Shown: positions 28,246 to 40,680 of the stretch, one piece after another
Layout of the letters: the number at the start of each line of letters is the position of its first letter
How positions within the stretch are numbered: the stretch's first letter is position 1
Source: Bacilli bacterium
GTDB lineage: Bacteria; Bacillota_I; Bacilli_A; ML615J-28; CAG-698
DNA length: 64,000 nt
Direction: 5' to 3'
Assembly: GCA_050174575.1 (NCBI GenBank)
Contig: JBFXJT010000001.1
Coordinates: forward strand, 55,276 to 119,275
Position numbers and translations under genes: made by a program
The notes under the pieces: model-generated
Database searches by the model: none
What the model saw: the letters and a program-made list of their open reading frames with translations, nothing else
What the model was told of the DNA's origin: nothing

Positions 28246-28452
28246 TTATTTTATAGAAATAACTCGATATCCTAATTCACTAATTATATTTGTTAATAAT
28301 TGATTAGAAACATCTTCTTTTATATTTACAATGGCTTGTTTGTTTTCCAAAGAGACTTTTGCTTCAACACCTTTTAATGCATTAAGAGCTTTTTCAACCC
28401 GCTTAACACAGTGTTGGCAAGACATCCCTTCAATTGTGATAGTTTTTACCAT
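28246..28452 (-). CDS. copZ: Heavy-metal-associated copper chaperone
   Basis: 68 aa, GMSCQHCV metal-binding motif. Confidence 0.8.
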   Translation of the reverse strand: MVKTITIEGMSCQHCVKRVEKALNALKGVEAKVSLENKQAIVNIKEDVSNQLLTNIISELGYRVISIK

Positions 28453-28472
28453 ATTTTTTCCTTCCCTTATTT

Positions 28473-29798
28473 TTATTGTCGCTTGGAACGCTTTCGATAA
28501 ATTTCACTTATATAATCGCGTTTTGCCTTCTTGATTTGTTTTTCAATTGCTTCTTTTCTTTTTTTACGATAACCTGGTTTGACTGTTTTTGATAAAGGAA
28601 TGCTTGAATGTGCTGTTTGTTCATAAGAAGATTCCCGTATTTTCCTTTTTGAACGAGCATTTCGCTCTTTTGTAGGAACTAGTTCACCATCTTTTAAAGC
28701 ACGATATAGGCATTTTAAACCTTTTTCCTCTAATTGATTTAAATATTGATCATCATCAAAGTCATAAAAGGATATTGCGATCCCAGAAAAGTTTGCACGT
28801 GCTGTTCTACCTGTTCGGTGAATATAATATTCAACATCGTCAGGCAGTTCATAATTTATGACATGACTTACTCCCGTAATATCTATCCCTCTTGAAGCGA
28901 TATCACTAGCCACGACAAATTGAAACTCACCATCTTTAATTCTTTTTAGAATTTGTTTTCGGCTTCTGGGTTCTAAATCACCGGTTAATTTTCCAACCCG
29001 AAAATGATTTGAAACTAAGAAATCGGCAATTTCATCAACTTTAATTTTCGTATTTGCAAAAATCAACGCTAAATATGGTTGCATGTTTGTGAGCAAATTG
29101 GCTAATAATTCTTCTTTATTTTTATTTTTAGTCGGTATAAAGAAATGGGAAATACTTGCTTTAGTAATGCTTTTTTTTGCTAAATCAACCACTTCTAATT
29201 TTCCAAAATATTTATTAAGAAATTGTAAAATTGTTTCAGAAAATGTAGCTGAAAATGCCAGAATTTGAACATTTGGCATAAATTTCGCAAATACTTGATC
29301 CATATCGCTTAATTCTACATTAGCAAAAACCATGTCTGCTTCATCAATGACGATTGTTTTTGCTGTGTGAATTTTTAATATATTTTCCTGGAATGCAAGA
29401 TCTTTAATCTTTCCGATTGTACCAATAACAATGTCTGGTTGTGCTTTTGATAACCTTTCGATTTCTTGTTCTCTATTCGTACCACCAACAAAAAGCTTAA
29501 CATCAATAAACGTTGGACTTAAACTGGTTATTTTTACAGTCTCGTCAAATATTTGTGTAGCTAATTCACGAGTTGGCGATATGATACAGATTTGAATTTC
29601 ATTTTTGCTTTGAATTGTGCTAATTAACGGCAATAAAAAAGCATGCGTCTTTCCAGTGCCTGTTTCACTCTTACCAACAACATTTCTTCCTAATAATACT
29701 AGTGGTATTATTTTTTTTTGAATTAAAGTTGGTTCTTTAAATTGTAGTTTTTCAATTGCCTCATTTACAAAAGGCGGGAATTGATATTCTTTAAACAT
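28473..29798 (-). CDS. DEAD-box ATP-dependent RNA helicase (CshB-like)
   Basis: Q motif, Walker A (ETGTGKT), DEAD (VIDEAD), SAT, HRTGRTAR motifs; basic C-terminal tail. Confidence 0.85.
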   Translation of the reverse strand: MFKEYQFPPFVNEAIEKLQFKEPTLIQKKIIPLVLLGRNVVGKSETGTGKTHAFLLPLISTIQSKNEIQICIISPTRELATQIFDETVKITSLSPTFIDVKLFVGGTNREQEIERLSKAQPDIVIGTIGKIKDLAFQENILKIHTAKTIVIDEADMVFANVELSDMDQVFAKFMPNVQILAFSATFSETILQFLNKYFGKLEVVDLAKKSITKASISHFFIPTKNKNKEELLANLLTNMQPYLALIFANTKIKVDEIADFLVSNHFRVGKLTGDLEPRSRKQILKRIKDGEFQFVVASDIASRGIDITGVSHVINYELPDDVEYYIHRTGRTARANFSGIAISFYDFDDDQYLNQLEEKGLKCLYRALKDGELVPTKERNARSKRKIRESSYEQTAHSSIPLSKTVKPGYRKKRKEAIEKQIKKAKRDYISEIYRKRSKRQ

Positions 29799-31095
29799 TT
29801 GGCACCTCAACTGCTTGGGATATCGGATAACCTGCTTCCCTAATAATTACTTTAACTAATTCATGTTTTTGCGCATTATTTGTTGGAAATTGCACTTCTA
29901 AATAATTAGACGTATGACCAAATGCTATTCCTTCTATTATTTTTTCTACAATAACGGATTCTTCTTTTCCTTCAAATTTTTTTCGATATTCTAAAGCTTT
30001 TTGCGAATTTAAAGCTAATAATTCATTCACACGGTATTTCTTTGTAGCTTCATCAACAACATCTAGAAAACTAAAAGCCTTTGTATTGACTCTTCGTGAA
30101 TAAGGAAAAACATGCATTTCTCCAAAATTCATTTTCTTAATGAAAGATAAAGTATTTTGAAAATCTTCATTATTTTCACCAGAAAAGCCAGCAATAATGT
30201 CTGTTGTAATATTGACTAAAGGCTTAATCAAACGTAATTGATTAATCTTTTCTTGATATTGTTCTAAATGATATTTTCTATTCATAAGTCCTAAAATTTT
30301 ATCGTTGCCACCTTGTAAAGGAATATGAAAGTGATTACATAGATATTTTGCGTCTTCTTGAATAATTTTTAATAATTTAGGCGTTATTTCCGTTGTTTCA
30401 ATCGACGATATCCTTATTCGTCCAAGATTAGGAACTTTTTTTATGATATCTTCTAGTAAATCGGCTAAATCATAATTATTTAAATCTTTTCCGTAAGCAC
30501 CTGTATTGATACCAGTCAGGACTATTTCCTTAACACCCAAATCAGTTATATGAGCAATTTCCGAAATAACATTTTCTGGTTTCCTACTTCTTACGTGACC
30601 ACGGGAATAGGGTATTGCACAATAACTGCAATAATTATCACATCCATCTTCGATTTTTATAAAACCACGTGATTTATTAATAAAGCGCGATATTTTTATT
30701 TCTTCATATTCATAATTATGTCTTAGATCTTCAATCAAAATTTGATTTTGTTTTTCATTTTTTGCATTTTCTACAAGCGAAAATAAAAGATGACGATTTG
30801 ATGTCCCCACGATAACATGAACACCAGGAATACTTTTTACTTCATCCATATGAAGTTGTGAAAAACATCCCATTACAGCTATAATAGCTTGAGGATTTTG
30901 TTTTATAGCATGACGTATTATTTTTCGACTTTTCGCATCGGAATGAGCAGTAACTGTACAAGTGTTAATAATACAAACATCGGAAGGTTCGTCAAAACTA
31001 ACTAATTCATAGCCATGATTAACAAAATCATTTATAATTGCTAAAGATTCATACTCATTGACTTTACATCCAAGTGAGTAATAATTAACTTTCAT
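29791..31095 (-). CDS. mtaB: tRNA methylthiotransferase of the MtaB/YqeV type (radical SAM, MiaB family)
   Basis: N-terminal MTTase domain, radical SAM CxxxCxxC (CDNYCSYC), TRAM-like C-terminus; rsmE-mtaB adjacency as yqeU-yqeV in Bacillus. Confidence 0.75.
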   Translation of the reverse strand: MKVNYYSLGCKVNEYESLAIINDFVNHGYELVSFDEPSDVCIINTCTVTAHSDAKSRKIIRHAIKQNPQAIIAVMGCFSQLHMDEVKSIPGVHVIVGTSNRHLLFSLVENAKNEKQNQILIEDLRHNYEYEEIKISRFINKSRGFIKIEDGCDNYCSYCAIPYSRGHVRSRKPENVISEIAHITDLGVKEIVLTGINTGAYGKDLNNYDLADLLEDIIKKVPNLGRIRISSIETTEITPKLLKIIQEDAKYLCNHFHIPLQGGNDKILGLMNRKYHLEQYQEKINQLRLIKPLVNITTDIIAGFSGENNEDFQNTLSFIKKMNFGEMHVFPYSRRVNTKAFSFLDVVDEATKKYRVNELLALNSQKALEYRKKFEGKEESVIVEKIIEGIAFGHTSNYLEVQFPTNNAQKHELVKVIIREAGYPISQAVEVPNV

Positions 31096-31834
31096 GGGAA
31101 AACTCCTTAATAAAACTAATAACGCTCATCAAGTATAGAGGAGCAGTTTCACAACGAAGAATTCTTGAACCTAATCCAACAGCAGTAAAACCATTTGTAA
31201 TAAGTGTTTTTGCCTCTAATTCCGTTATTCCACCTTCAGGGCCAACTAAAACAAGAATACTTTTTCCTTTAAATTGCTCAAGAGTATTTTTAAAAGAATA
31301 ATCCTTTTGTTTTCCGCTTTCTTCATAAGCAAATAGCCGCAAATCGTAATTTGAACTTTGTTCAACGAAAGATTGAAAACTAAGAAAAGGAGCAATTTCC
31401 ATCAATTTTGTTCGTTCGGATTGTTCAGAAGCTTCTTTCACAATCAATTCCCAGCGGTTATTTTTCAGTTGCGGCAATTTATTTAAACGCAAATTACTAC
31501 GTTCCATTTCCACTGCAACAAATTTTTTTGCTCCTAATTCTGTAATTCTTCGAATAACTTCTTCTATTTTCGGATATTTTGTTAAACCAAAGGCAATCGT
31601 TACATCAATAGGTAATTCATTATTAACTTGTTTTTCATTAATAATTTCTAAAATAATATCATTTTTAGAAATATTGATAATCTTTGTTTCATAAGTTACG
31701 GCATTTTCATCAATCACAATAACTCGACTATTGATCGTCATTCGCATTACATGTGTCATGTGATGGAAATCAAGTCCAGTTATTTCAATAATATTCCCAT
31801 GATGTTGATTGTTTTTAATAAAATATCTTTGCAT
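31085..31834 (-). CDS. rsmE: 16S rRNA m3U1498 methyltransferase RsmE
   Basis: 249 aa SPOUT-class pattern (LVGPEGG...E), position after dnaJ. Confidence 0.75.
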   Translation of the reverse strand: MQRYFIKNNQHHGNIIEITGLDFHHMTHVMRMTINSRVIVIDENAVTYETKIINISKNDIILEIINEKQVNNELPIDVTIAFGLTKYPKIEEVIRRITELGAKKFVAVEMERSNLRLNKLPQLKNNRWELIVKEASEQSERTKLMEIAPFLSFQSFVEQSSNYDLRLFAYEESGKQKDYSFKNTLEQFKGKSILVLVGPEGGITELEAKTLITNGFTAVGLGSRILRCETAPLYLMSVISFIKEFSHES

Positions 31835-31882
31835 GCTAATTCCTTTGTTAATATAGATAATTATACTATTTTTTTAGTTAAA

Positions 31883-31906
31883 ACGAAAGAAAAATGCTAG
31901 AAACTA
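31883..31906 (-). terminator. Terminator after dnaJ
   Basis: AAAATGCTAG-TTT-CTAGCATTTT hairpin followed by a U-rich tract on the minus strand. Confidence 0.6.
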
Positions 31907-31911
31907 GCATT

Positions 31912-33024
31912 TTAACTACGAAAGAATTTTTTAATTTTATCGAAAAATGATGATGATTTTTCATCCGTTCGCGAGAGTCGACTAAATAAATCTTTTTGTT
32001 CAGAAGATAGTTTAGTTGGCGTAATTAAATTAACAATAACAAATTGATGTCCTGTTGTATTAGTTCTTGCATTTGTAATACCTTTATTGGCTAGTTTAAA
32101 TTTTGTTCCGGTTTGGGTCCCTGCAGGAATTTTCAAATTTACATTGCCAGTTAACGTAGGAACTTCAATATTATCACCTAAAGCAGCTTGGCTAAAAGTA
32201 ATCGGCATCTCTAAGAAAATATTGAGATTATCACGCACAAAAATTTCATGAGGTCTTACTGAAACATTGACATACAAATCGCCATTCATACCGCCATTAA
32301 CTCCAGCTTCACCATAACCAGACAATTTAAAGCCTTGATTATCATCTATTCCTGAAGGAATCTTAACCTTGATTTTGGACGCTTTGCGGACACGACCTTC
32401 GCCACCACAAACGGGACATTTGTTTTTAATTATTTTCCCCTTGCCATTACAAGTTGGGCAAGTAGTTTCGGTCTGGAAACGACCAAATGGAGTACTTTGT
32501 TCCATAACAACACGCCCTCGTCCACGACATTTCGGACAAACTTCAATATCGTTTTTCGACTGAGCTCCTAACCCACTACAAGCAGGGCAAGTCTCATATT
32601 TGGTGATACTAATTTCTTTTTCAACTCCAAAAGCCGCTTCTTCAAATGTAATAGTAATGGTCGTTCTTAAGTCAGAACCTCTAGCACTACCTGAACTTGA
32701 TTCGCGACGTGATCCTCCGAATATCGAGGACAAAATGTCTTCAAAACCACCAAATCCGCCAAACCCACCTCCAAAATTAAAGCCTTCAAAACCTTGCCCC
32801 ATATTTGGAGCTTGATGGCCAAATTGATTATATTGTTCGCGTTTTGCAGGATCACTTAAAACTTCATAGGCTTCTTGAACTTCTTTAAATTTTTCAGTGG
32901 CATTACTTTCTTTACTAATGTCTGGGTGGTATTTTTTTGCTAACGAGCGATAAGCTTTTTTAATCTCATCATCATTAGCCGTCTTACTAACACCCAATAC
33001 TTCGTAATAATCACGTTTGGCCAT
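31912..33024 (-). CDS. dnaJ: Chaperone DnaJ
   Basis: J domain with HPD (KKYHPD), G/F-rich region, four CxxCxGxG zinc-finger repeats. Confidence 0.95.
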   Translation of the reverse strand: MAKRDYYEVLGVSKTANDDEIKKAYRSLAKKYHPDISKESNATEKFKEVQEAYEVLSDPAKREQYNQFGHQAPNMGQGFEGFNFGGGFGGFGGFEDILSSIFGGSRRESSSGSARGSDLRTTITITFEEAAFGVEKEISITKYETCPACSGLGAQSKNDIEVCPKCRGRGRVVMEQSTPFGRFQTETTCPTCNGKGKIIKNKCPVCGGEGRVRKASKIKVKIPSGIDDNQGFKLSGYGEAGVNGGMNGDLYVNVSVRPHEIFVRDNLNIFLEMPITFSQAALGDNIEVPTLTGNVNLKIPAGTQTGTKFKLANKGITNARTNTTGHQFVIVNLITPTKLSSEQKDLFSRLSRTDEKSSSFFDKIKKFFRS

Positions 33025-33049
33025 AATTTACTCTTTCTGATGAAGAAGA

Positions 33050-35457
<2,408 letters not shown>

Positions 35458-35459
35458 AA

Positions 35460-36476
35460 TTAAACTACCTTCTTTATATTTTTAGCGATGTACTCAAGTA
35501 ATGGAATGACTTTTTGATATTCCATTCTTGTTGGGCCTATCACGGCAATCGCCCCATGTTCACCATTTTCTAATTCATATGGGACAGTAATGATTGTACA
35601 ATCACGCATCGCTTGAATTTGATTGTCACGGCCAATGCGAACGGAGATTCCTTGTTCAGACATATTAATAGCTTTAATGATTTCTTGGTGCTCAATGGCC
35701 GATAATAAATCTTTTACTTTACCAATATTTTGAAATTCTGGTTGACTTAATATTTTGCTTTGGCCAGAAAGAAAATATTTGTCTTGAACCATATCTGTAA
35801 ACATTCGTACTAATGCAGAAATCAAATCATCATAATATTCAATGTAGGAATTAAAACCATCATCTTCAAAATGTTTTTTAATTTCTTCATCAATTTTTGA
35901 TATTGGACAATCAATTAATATATCATTCAAAAAAGCAATTGTTCGTTCAATATCACGGATGCTTATGTCTTCAGGAACAATTATTTTTTTACTTTCAACA
36001 TAACCACGGTCGGTTACAAGCATAATAACGGCGTATCTTTCTGACAAAGATATGAACTGGATTTTTTTGATTTTCGCATTTTGGCTTGATGATCCTAAGA
36101 CAATCGAAGCATAATTTGTCAGTTCTGTTACCAAAGTCATTGATTCTTTAATAGCTTGTTCACGGCTAATTAAATCACGTTCAAAGATTTCGTCAATAAG
36201 AGGAAATTTTTCAATTTTGGAAGTTCTTTCATTCAGAATCTCTTGAACATAAACACGATAACCCTCTTCGGAGGGAATACGACCACTCGAAGTATGTGTC
36301 TTTAAAATTAGTCCCAATTGCTCTAATTCAACCATGTCATTACGGATTGTAGCGGGTGAAACATTTAAAGCAAATTCAGGTCGGTCAGTTAAAGTCTTAG
36401 ATCCAACTGGTTCGTTTGTTTTCACATATTCTTCAACGATAGCTTTTAAAACCATTGTTTGTCTTGATGATAACAT
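35460..36476 (-). CDS. hrcA: Heat-inducible transcription repressor HrcA
   Basis: 338 aa; N-terminal wHTH (RQTMVLKAIVEEYVKTNEPVGSKTL); first gene of the dnaK operon; CIRCE immediately upstream. Confidence 0.9.
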   Translation of the reverse strand: MLSSRQTMVLKAIVEEYVKTNEPVGSKTLTDRPEFALNVSPATIRNDMVELEQLGLILKTHTSSGRIPSEEGYRVYVQEILNERTSKIEKFPLIDEIFERDLISREQAIKESMTLVTELTNYASIVLGSSSQNAKIKKIQFISLSERYAVIMLVTDRGYVESKKIIVPEDISIRDIERTIAFLNDILIDCPISKIDEEIKKHFEDDGFNSYIEYYDDLISALVRMFTDMVQDKYFLSGQSKILSQPEFQNIGKVKDLLSAIEHQEIIKAINMSEQGISVRIGRDNQIQAMRDCTIITVPYELENGEHGAIAVIGPTRMEYQKVIPLLEYIAKNIKKVV

Positions 36477-36484
36477 ACGCTCTC

Positions 36485-36511
36485 CTTAGCACTCTTTTAC
36501 TCAGAATGCTA
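36485..36511. promoter_or_regulatory. CIRCE operator (HrcA binding site)
   Basis: TTAGCACTC-ttttactca-GAATGCTAA vs consensus TTAGCACTC-N9-GAGTGCTAA (one mismatch), 9 nt upstream of the hrcA start. A weaker second copy TTAGCACTG-N9-ATATGCTAA lies at 36532-36558. Confidence 0.85.
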
Positions 36512-36574
36512 AAAATATTATACACTAATTGATTAGCACTGTCAAGCATTATATGCTAATTTTTTTGTAAATTA

Positions 36575-36606
36575 AAAAAATCCTAGGTCTTTTCTAGGAC
36601 TTTTTT
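36575..36606 (-). terminator. Bidirectional hairpin terminator after the nfnB-like gene
   Basis: TCCTAG-gtctttt-CTAGGA flanked by A7 and T6 runs. Confidence 0.6.
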
Positions 36607-37967
36607 GATTGAATATATTGATGAATGGCATTGGCTGCTTTTTTACCTGCACCCATTGCTAAAATAACAGTTGCTGCCCCAGTAACAATATCTCCACCAG
36701 CAAAAACACCTGGATAGGATGTCATAAATTGATCATTAACAATCAGACAGCCGTGTTTATCCGTTTTTAATTGTGGAGTTTCCGATGCTAATAATGGATT
36801 TGGATAGTTTCCTAAAGCCATAATTACTGCATCAACATCGAGGATAAATTCTGAATTAGGTTTCACAATAGGGCTTCGGCGTCCACTAGCGTCGGGTTCG
36901 CCTAAAATCATCTCAACACATTCAATTCCCTTTACATAACCACTTTCATCACTGATAATTCTTTTTGGATTTGTTAAAATCAAAAATTTGATTCCTTCTT
37001 CCTTAGCGTGCTCGACTTCTTCAAGTCTAGCAGGCATTTCGGAAAATCCACGACGGTAAATAATATATACTTCTTCGGTATTTAATCTTTTTGCAGAGCG
37101 AGCAGCATCCATTGCAACATTTCCACCACCAACAACAGCAATCCTTTTCATTTGTTTTAAAGGAGTATCATAATCGTTTTGATAAGCCTTCATTAGATTG
37201 ATTCTCGTAAGAAATTCATTTGCTGAGAAAACACCATTATAATTTTCCCCAGGAATCCCCATGAATTTAGGAAGTCCCGCTCCACTACCAACAAAGACAG
37301 CTTTGTAGCCCATTTCAAATAATTCGTCAATTGTAATTGATTTGCCAATTACGGTATTTGGGTGAAATTTAATCCCCATCGCTTTTAAGTTGTCTATTTC
37401 TTCTTTCACAATTGTCTTTGGGAGACGAAATTCCGGAATACCATACATTAAAACTCCGCCTGCAACATGTAAGGATTCGAAAACATCAACTTCATACCCT
37501 AAACTTCCAAGAACACCACTACAAGCTAAACCTGCTGGTCCACTGCCAACAACGGCCACCTTATCTTGCCTTTTTTCTTCTATTTGCAGTTTTTTATCTT
37601 TAGCGTGGTCACCTACATATCTTTCAAGACGACCAATAGCGACAGCTTCCCCTTTTTTTGTTCTAACACAAACCGCTTCACATTGAGATTCTTGAGGGCA
37701 AACACGTCCACAAATTCCAGGTAATAAGTTTGTTTCTGAAATAACATGGTAAGCCCCATCAATATCGTGATTAAGAATTTTCTTAATAAATCCAGGAATA
37801 TTGATATTTACGGGACATCCTGCAATACAAGGAGCGTTTTTACAATTTAAACAACGGGTAGCTTCAATTATCGCTTCTTCATCGTCATATCCTAAAGAAA
37901 CTTCATCAAAATTAGTTATTCTTTTAACAGCGTCTTGAACGCTCATTGGTGTTTTTTTATTATTCAT
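36594..37967 (-). CDS. NADPH-dependent glutamate-synthase-beta-like oxidoreductase (NfnB/SudA/GltD family), FAD and 2x[4Fe-4S]
   Basis: 457 aa; N-terminal Cys clusters (CLNCKNAPCIAGCP; CGRVCPQESQCEAVC), two dinucleotide-binding GxGxxG/A motifs (VAVVGSGPAGL; IAVVGGGNVAMD). Confidence 0.7.
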   Translation of the reverse strand: MNNKKTPMSVQDAVKRITNFDEVSLGYDDEEAIIEATRCLNCKNAPCIAGCPVNINIPGFIKKILNHDIDGAYHVISETNLLPGICGRVCPQESQCEAVCVRTKKGEAVAIGRLERYVGDHAKDKKLQIEEKRQDKVAVVGSGPAGLACSGVLGSLGYEVDVFESLHVAGGVLMYGIPEFRLPKTIVKEEIDNLKAMGIKFHPNTVIGKSITIDELFEMGYKAVFVGSGAGLPKFMGIPGENYNGVFSANEFLTRINLMKAYQNDYDTPLKQMKRIAVVGGGNVAMDAARSAKRLNTEEVYIIYRRGFSEMPARLEEVEHAKEEGIKFLILTNPKRIISDESGYVKGIECVEMILGEPDASGRRSPIVKPNSEFILDVDAVIMALGNYPNPLLASETPQLKTDKHGCLIVNDQFMTSYPGVFAGGDIVTGAATVILAMGAGKKAANAIHQYIQSKKS

Positions 37968-38790
37968 GACGATTTACCAAGCGGCAGTTTGCTTCGCGTT
38001 CTTCCTTTTGATACATTTTTGAACGAGCAATTGCTTCATCATAATCAATCGAAAATCCATCAAAATCAGGTCCATCAACACATGCAAATTTTGTTTCCCC
38101 ATTAACTGTCAAACGGCACATCCCACACATTCCGGTACCATCCATCATGATTGGGTTCATACTGACAGTAGTTTTTTGATTATATTGCTTTGTTAATAAA
38201 CTAACAAATTTCATCATTGGAAGCGGCCCAACGGCAAACACCTCATCGTATCTTACTCCTGATTCTAAAAGTTCTCTTAGAACATCGGTAACAAGACCTT
38301 TTCGTTCGTATGACCCATCATCAGTGATAAAATAAGTGTTTTTACTTAAACTTCTAAACTCTTTTTCTAAAATTATTAAATCGCGGTTACGGAACCCAAT
38401 AATAATATCAACTTCTGTTCCCTGTTTGTGTAAAGCCTGAGCCAAAGGATAGCAAATAGCTGTTCCAACGCCACCAGCTACAACACATGCTTTTTTTACA
38501 TCTTTGATGTTTGTCGGTTTTCCAAGTGGACCAACAAAATCTAAAATATCGTCTCCAACTTCTAGCAAATTTAATTTCTTCGTAGTAAACCCAACTATTT
38601 GAAAAATAATGGTCACAAGTCCTTGTTCAATATTCGTACTAGCAACAGTAAGGGGGATTCGTTCACCCTTTTCATCAACACGAAGGATGATAAATTGTCC
38701 TGCAAGAGCTTTTTTCGCAATCATGGGAGCTTCTACTTCCATTAAAGTAACGTTTTCGTTTAATATTTCTTTTCCAACTATTTTAGCCAT
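37960..38790 (-). CDS. Ferredoxin-NADP+ reductase-like subunit (NfnA/SudB/PyrK family), FAD and [2Fe-2S]
   Basis: 276 aa; FNR-like fold, C-terminal CGMCRLTVNGETKFACVDGP cluster motif; translationally overlapped with the NfnB-like gene. Confidence 0.65.
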   Translation of the reverse strand: MAKIVGKEILNENVTLMEVEAPMIAKKALAGQFIILRVDEKGERIPLTVASTNIEQGLVTIIFQIVGFTTKKLNLLEVGDDILDFVGPLGKPTNIKDVKKACVVAGGVGTAICYPLAQALHKQGTEVDIIIGFRNRDLIILEKEFRSLSKNTYFITDDGSYERKGLVTDVLRELLESGVRYDEVFAVGPLPMMKFVSLLTKQYNQKTTVSMNPIMMDGTGMCGMCRLTVNGETKFACVDGPDFDGFSIDYDEAIARSKMYQKEEREANCRLVNRHE

Positions 38791-39460
38791 TAGAACTCCT
38801 TATTAAGTAAATATTTTGTTTTTTTTCTTGATCGAGAGTCGTTTTTTGACCATGACCCGGAAAAATTTCATAGTTAAATTTTAAATTTTTGATTTTATTC
38901 AATGAAAATAACATTTTCGCCATGTTACCAGAATATAAATCAGTTCTTCCTATTCCATCTTGGAAGAGGGTATCACCACTAAACATTATATTATTGATTA
39001 ATAATATAATTGAGCAATCAGAGTGTCCAGGAACTTCTAAAACTAAAATGGGCGAACCAAAAATCATTATTTGCTTTTTATCATAAACAATTTCATATTG
39101 AGAAGCCAATAAATTAAAATGAATGGCTTTATTTAGATAAAACGAATAATTTTTCAGTGGATCAGCCAGTTTAGCTAAGGCTTGACGGTGAAGGTATACT
39201 TTTACATTTTCTTTTAAATAGGAATTTAGTTCACTGAAATGGTCGATATGCCCATGAGTTAAAAACACTGCAACTATTGGCAAACCATATTTTCGATATA
39301 CTTCTTGGTAATTAACACAAGGGTCAATCACTATACTTTGTTTACAATCACTAACTAAATAGCAGTTAGCATCAAGTGTTTTTGAAATGAAGCAGTCAAT
39401 TCTTAATTCACTATTTTGAGGCAGCATAACTTGTTCCATAAATACCAGCATCGTTACCAA
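38783..39460 (-). CDS. MBL-fold metallo-hydrolase
   Basis: HGHIDHF metallo-beta-lactamase motif; follows glcK as yqgX follows glcK in B. subtilis. Confidence 0.7.
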   Translation of the reverse strand: MVTMLVFMEQVMLPQNSELRIDCFISKTLDANCYLVSDCKQSIVIDPCVNYQEVYRKYGLPIVAVFLTHGHIDHFSELNSYLKENVKVYLHRQALAKLADPLKNYSFYLNKAIHFNLLASQYEIVYDKKQIMIFGSPILVLEVPGHSDCSIILLINNIMFSGDTLFQDGIGRTDLYSGNMAKMLFSLNKIKNLKFNYEIFPGHGQKTTLDQEKKQNIYLIRSSNG

Positions 39461-40322
39461 GTTCAGCTAAATGAAATTCAGTACTCCTAACAGAAAAGAA
39501 CGCTAATTCTTTAAAACGTTTTTCAACCTTATCTAACAGAAATTGTCCTGCTTTGCTTACACCACCGCCGATTACAAAAGCTTCGGGGTTGACAGTATTA
39601 GCAATCGCAGCTAAAGCAGTTGCCAATTTTTCAACCATTAGTTCAACAGCCTTTAAACATACCTCATCATTTTTTTTCGCAAAATTAAAAATATTTTCAG
39701 CAGTAATATCATTCCCGTTAATCAGGGATGTTTGGTTTAACAGCAATAATTTCACTGTTTTTACCAATCCAGTAGCACTGGCATATTGTTCTAAACAATC
39801 GTATAAACCACAGGTACATTGTCTTTCGTTGTTAAAAGCAACACGAATATGCCCGATTTCTCCTGTTGAACCAGTATAACCTTCAACTAATTGTTCGTTT
39901 ATGACAATTCCTCCACCAATCCCGGTCCCAATTGTTAAAAACACAAAATTTGAAAATTTCCTTCCGCCTCCATAAGCCATTTCCCCAAGGGTTGCGGCAT
40001 TAGCATCATTTAAAATAGCAACATTAATATTGGGATATTTCTCAAGAATCAGCTTGGAGGCTTCAACTCTTTTCCAATTAAGATTTTGTGCTCCCAAAAC
40101 GACCCCATCAACTACTGGTCCAGGCACTCCTAAACCAATTCCGATAATTTGATCGTGATCAGCCATTTGATCAATAGTATGAAAAATTGACGGTAATATT
40201 TGTTTCCCTTCATTTTCATTTGTCGTTTTTATGGCTATTTTTGTTAATAACTTTCCTTGATGAAATTTTCCAATTTTGATTTCTGTACCACCAATATCGA
40301 CACCAAAAACAACATTCATCAT
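39411..40322 (-). CDS. glcK: ROK-family glucokinase
   Basis: 303 aa; VFGVDIGGTEIK N-terminal motif; ROK zinc motif CTCGLYDCLE. Confidence 0.75.
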   Translation of the reverse strand: MMNVVFGVDIGGTEIKIGKFHQGKLLTKIAIKTTNENEGKQILPSIFHTIDQMADHDQIIGIGLGVPGPVVDGVVLGAQNLNWKRVEASKLILEKYPNINVAILNDANAATLGEMAYGGGRKFSNFVFLTIGTGIGGGIVINEQLVEGYTGSTGEIGHIRVAFNNERQCTCGLYDCLEQYASATGLVKTVKLLLLNQTSLINGNDITAENIFNFAKKNDEVCLKAVELMVEKLATALAAIANTVNPEAFVIGGGVSKAGQFLLDKVEKRFKELAFFSVRSTEFHLAELGNDAGIYGTSYAASK

Positions 40323-40344
40323 ACTCCTCCATAATAAGTGGTTT

Positions 40345-40680
40345 TTATTCTTCTATTTGCTCTAAAAGCAGATCTTTCCATAATTTATCTATATCAAATC
40401 GTTCACGTTCTTCTTTCGTAAAAACGTGAACAACAACACTTCCAAAATCAACCAATACCCAAAGGCCACCATTTTTGCCCTCAATATTACGGTAATTCAA
40501 GCCTTTTTGCTCACTTTCTTTTTGTAAGTGGTCAATTGAAGCTTTTAGTTGCCGTTGTGAACTAGCAGTTGCCAATAGCGCAAAATCGAAAAATGGTGTT
40601 ATTTGTTTTGTTTCATAAATACATACATTTTTTAACTTAAGTTGTTCAATTATTTGTTTGATGATTGTAATTGGTTCCAT
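40345..40680 (-). CDS. rsfS: Ribosomal silencing factor RsfS (Iojap)
   Basis: 111 aa, DUF143 pattern; follows yqeK. Confidence 0.8.
   Translation of the reverse strand: MEPITIIKQIIEQLKLKNVCIYETKQITPFFDFALLATASSQRQLKASIDHLQKESEQKGLNYRNIEGKNGGLWVLVDFGSVVVHVFTKEERERFDIDKLWKDLLLEQIEE

Noticed and set aside
29704-29713. T10 homopolymer inside the DEAD-box helicase N-terminal coding region as a possible phase-variation tract
   Set aside because: It encodes a Lys run (IQKKIIP) in a core housekeeping helicase of an AT-rich genome, with no accessory-gene context. It is most likely just compositional.
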